DNA of 63,772 nucleotides, filler included, from Lama guanicoe (taxonomy: Eukaryota): the NCBI GenBank assembly GCA_013239625.1. It is 199 parts of 199 records of this genome, joined end to end, with 100 filler letters (N's around TTAATTAATTAA, not from the genome) between each part and the next. Parts side by side here need not be neighbours in the genome. Positions count along the whole stretch, not along the records: positions 61,626 to 61,846 come from PNXV01040680.1; positions 61,947 to 62,167 come from PNXV01040681.1; positions 62,268 to 62,488 come from PNXV01040682.1; positions 62,589 to 62,809 come from PNXV01040683.1; positions 62,910 to 63,130 come from PNXV01040684.1; positions 63,231 to 63,451 come from PNXV01040685.1; positions 63,552 to 63,772 come from PNXV01040686.1; 192 more parts are not named here. One strand, 5' to 3'. Positions 61,706-63,772 of the stretch are shown here, piece by piece (the first letter of the stretch is position 1; each line of letters begins with the position of its first letter). The notes beneath the pieces are model-generated. The model did no database searches, was not told where the DNA came from, and saw only the letters and a list, made by a program, of their open reading frames with translations. Position numbers and translations under genes: made by a program.

Positions 61706-62909
61706 GGTGGTTGGGGATTTCCAGAGACTGGTGTGAAAACTGGGGAGGCTTGGTGAGGCTTCTAGGATAAGAGCATCCAGTACCATCTTTAAATAGCAGT
61801 CTGGAGGTTGAAGGTTTTCTTACACGATCCCTTCTCCTAGGGCTACNNNNNNNNNNNNNNNNNNNNNNNNNNNNNNNNNNNNNNNNNNNNTTAATTAATT
61901 AANNNNNNNNNNNNNNNNNNNNNNNNNNNNNNNNNNNNNNNNNNNNGGCTGCAACTATGAGTTGCCCGGATTTTCCAGATGTTTGAGGTGGGGGTGGGGG
62001 AGGCAGGAGTGGGAGACCCCAGGGAGGTCTGCTGCACACCCAAGCCAAATGCTAGCTCTTTCGATTTCTCACTTTTGTTTTCATGATGACATAGGACTAT
62101 AGAACCGTCTTTAAGAGGTCTGCTCTGTCTTCCCTTTACTCTGAAAAGCTGCTTATCACAGTCCCTANNNNNNNNNNNNNNNNNNNNNNNNNNNNNNNNN
62201 NNNNNNNNNNNTTAATTAATTAANNNNNNNNNNNNNNNNNNNNNNNNNNNNNNNNNNNNNNNNNNNNCCCAGAATCCTTGGCAACCAATACCCAGGATTA
62301 CATGATACAAGAACATTAGCCAATCAGCTATGTAAAATGAACGTCCAAATACAGGCTCTTCTCCTCATCTGTGTAATCTACTTAATCATGTACCTCTGCA
62401 CCATGTCAAGTTCCTAAATTTAAGATTGCTTACAACTGGAAGCATGCTGCCTACAAAGCCTAGAAAGTTTTCACTTTCTTTTTTTTTTNNNNNNNNNNNN
62501 NNNNNNNNNNNNNNNNNNNNNNNNNNNNNNNNTTAATTAATTAANNNNNNNNNNNNNNNNNNNNNNNNNNNNNNNNNNNNNNNNNNNNAGCCTTGGATTA
62601 ACCTTTAACAAATGAAGCTTTAGTTGCCACGCAGCCTGAAGAACGTTCTCCCTGTGATGAATATGTCTAAGTCTGCATGTACTTGAGGACGCTGGGGGCT
62701 GGGAGGTCACCTGGGTTGGAATGGCCCCCAAGAAGCCAGCTCTATCAAATAAACAATGCCAAGACACCAGGAATGACTTCCAGGGCTCAGAAACCCCAAC
62801 TGCCCTCTGNNNNNNNNNNNNNNNNNNNNNNNNNNNNNNNNNNNNNNNNNNNNTTAATTAATTAANNNNNNNNNNNNNNNNNNNNNNNNNNNNNNNNNNN
62901 NNNNNNNNN

Positions 62910-63130
62910 TAACGCCGCCTCGCCGCCTTCCGCACGTGTCCGGTGCCGCTTCTCTTTGACAGCTGCAGAGTCGCTGCCCGCACCGACCCTGCGGGGCTCC
63001 GGCCGCCACTCCCCAGGGCGGCCCGCCCCGTGCCGGCCTCGCCCCATCCGGCCGCAGCGCCGCCAGCGTGAAGCGATGCTGCCGCTCTGTGACTCAGCCC
63101 CGTGCCCCGCGCTTCCGCGTGGGGGGGGGG
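62910..63130. promoter_or_regulatory. CpG-island fragment
   Basis: GC- and CpG-rich, with an E-box CACGTG, a GC box and a TGACTCA motif. Confidence 0.5.
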
Positions 63131-63230
63131 NNNNNNNNNNNNNNNNNNNNNNNNNNNNNNNNNNNNNNNNNNNNTTAATTAATTAANNNNNNNNNNNNNN
63201 NNNNNNNNNNNNNNNNNNNNNNNNNNNNNN

Positions 63231-63323
63231 TGCTGTTGGAGAAACAGCATCGATAGACTTGCTTGATGCGAGGTTGCCATGAACTTTCAATTTGTAAAAA
63301 AACACAATATCTGCTAAGTGCAA
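63231..63323 (-). mobile_element. Tigger1 near-terminal fragment
   Basis: atagacttgcttgatgcgaggttgcca..aactttcaatttgtaaaaaaacacaatatctgc.aagtgcaa. Confidence 0.8.
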
Positions 63324-63451
63324 CCTTCAGCCACGGATGGGTGGTTACACAAAATGTGGTCTATTCACACAATGGAATAGTATTCAGACATGAAGAGGAA
63401 CGAAGCACTGAAAACATGTTGCATGAAAGAGTCAGGCACAAAAGGTCATGT
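63324..63451 (+). mobile_element. L1MB 3' fragment
   Basis: caaaatgtggtctattcacacaatggaatagtattcag...tgaaagagtcaggcacaaaaggtca. Confidence 0.75.
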
Positions 63452-63772
63452 NNNNNNNNNNNNNNNNNNNNNNNNNNNNNNNNNNNNNNNNNNNNTTAAT
63501 TAATTAANNNNNNNNNNNNNNNNNNNNNNNNNNNNNNNNNNNNNNNNNNNNCCCCCTCTCCCAAACCTTAGCCCCAGCTCTGCCACTGCAACCACCCCCT
63601 TCCACCCCAGCAGGCATGCGAGGAGGGAGGTTGCAGGCATCTCCAGCTGGGGAGGAGGAAGGCGGGGGGTGTGCCGAGCTTGGTGCTGGTCTCTTTCCAA
63701 ATATAGATACAAGTCAGAACTCCTGGAAAGCCCTCCCCCACCCACCACGCAAGCACTCTCCTCGCTCTGGAG

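Noticed and set aside
222..63551. CRISPR-like or cassette-like array of constant repeat plus equal-length unique spacers
   Set aside because: The repeat is embedded in N padding and is a six-frame stop linker. The spacers are mammalian genomic fragments, and there are no cas or integrase genes.
45..63756. Most ORF-track entries, including the recurring LIN C-terminus
   Set aside because: They reach the length cutoff only by reading through Ns into the linker. Many are antisense to repeats (e.g. 4118-4336, 25941-26147).

Overview
This is not a contiguous locus. It is an artificial concatenation of 199 short mammalian contigs (195 of 221 bp, one of 220 bp, three of 219 bp). They are joined by 198 identical 100-bp linkers (44 N + TTAATTAATTAA + 44 N), which put a stop codon in all six frames. 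Neighbouring fragments are unrelated, and most ORFs in the track are linker artefacts. Five copies of a tRNA-Ala-like SINE matching the camelid vic-1 family, plus cetartiodactyl-type L1 ends, point to a camelid source (alpaca, llama or camel). Recognisable content includes a KCNA5 (Kv1.5) N-terminal/T1 coding fragment, a mucin PTS-domain fragment and an intron-containing tRNA-Leu(CAA) copy. It also includes ERV pieces (an LTR-PBS(Arg) junction, two integrase fragments, MER41-like and MER34-like LTRs), many L1/L2/MIR/MLT/Tigger/MER fragments, a ~250-bp satellite seen in two phases, a heptamer satellite, CpG-island fragments and a duplicated contig pair. Repeat family names come from recall of consensus sequences, not from a database search. 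I find no support for a novel multi-gene system, and fragment adjacency cannot provide such support here.
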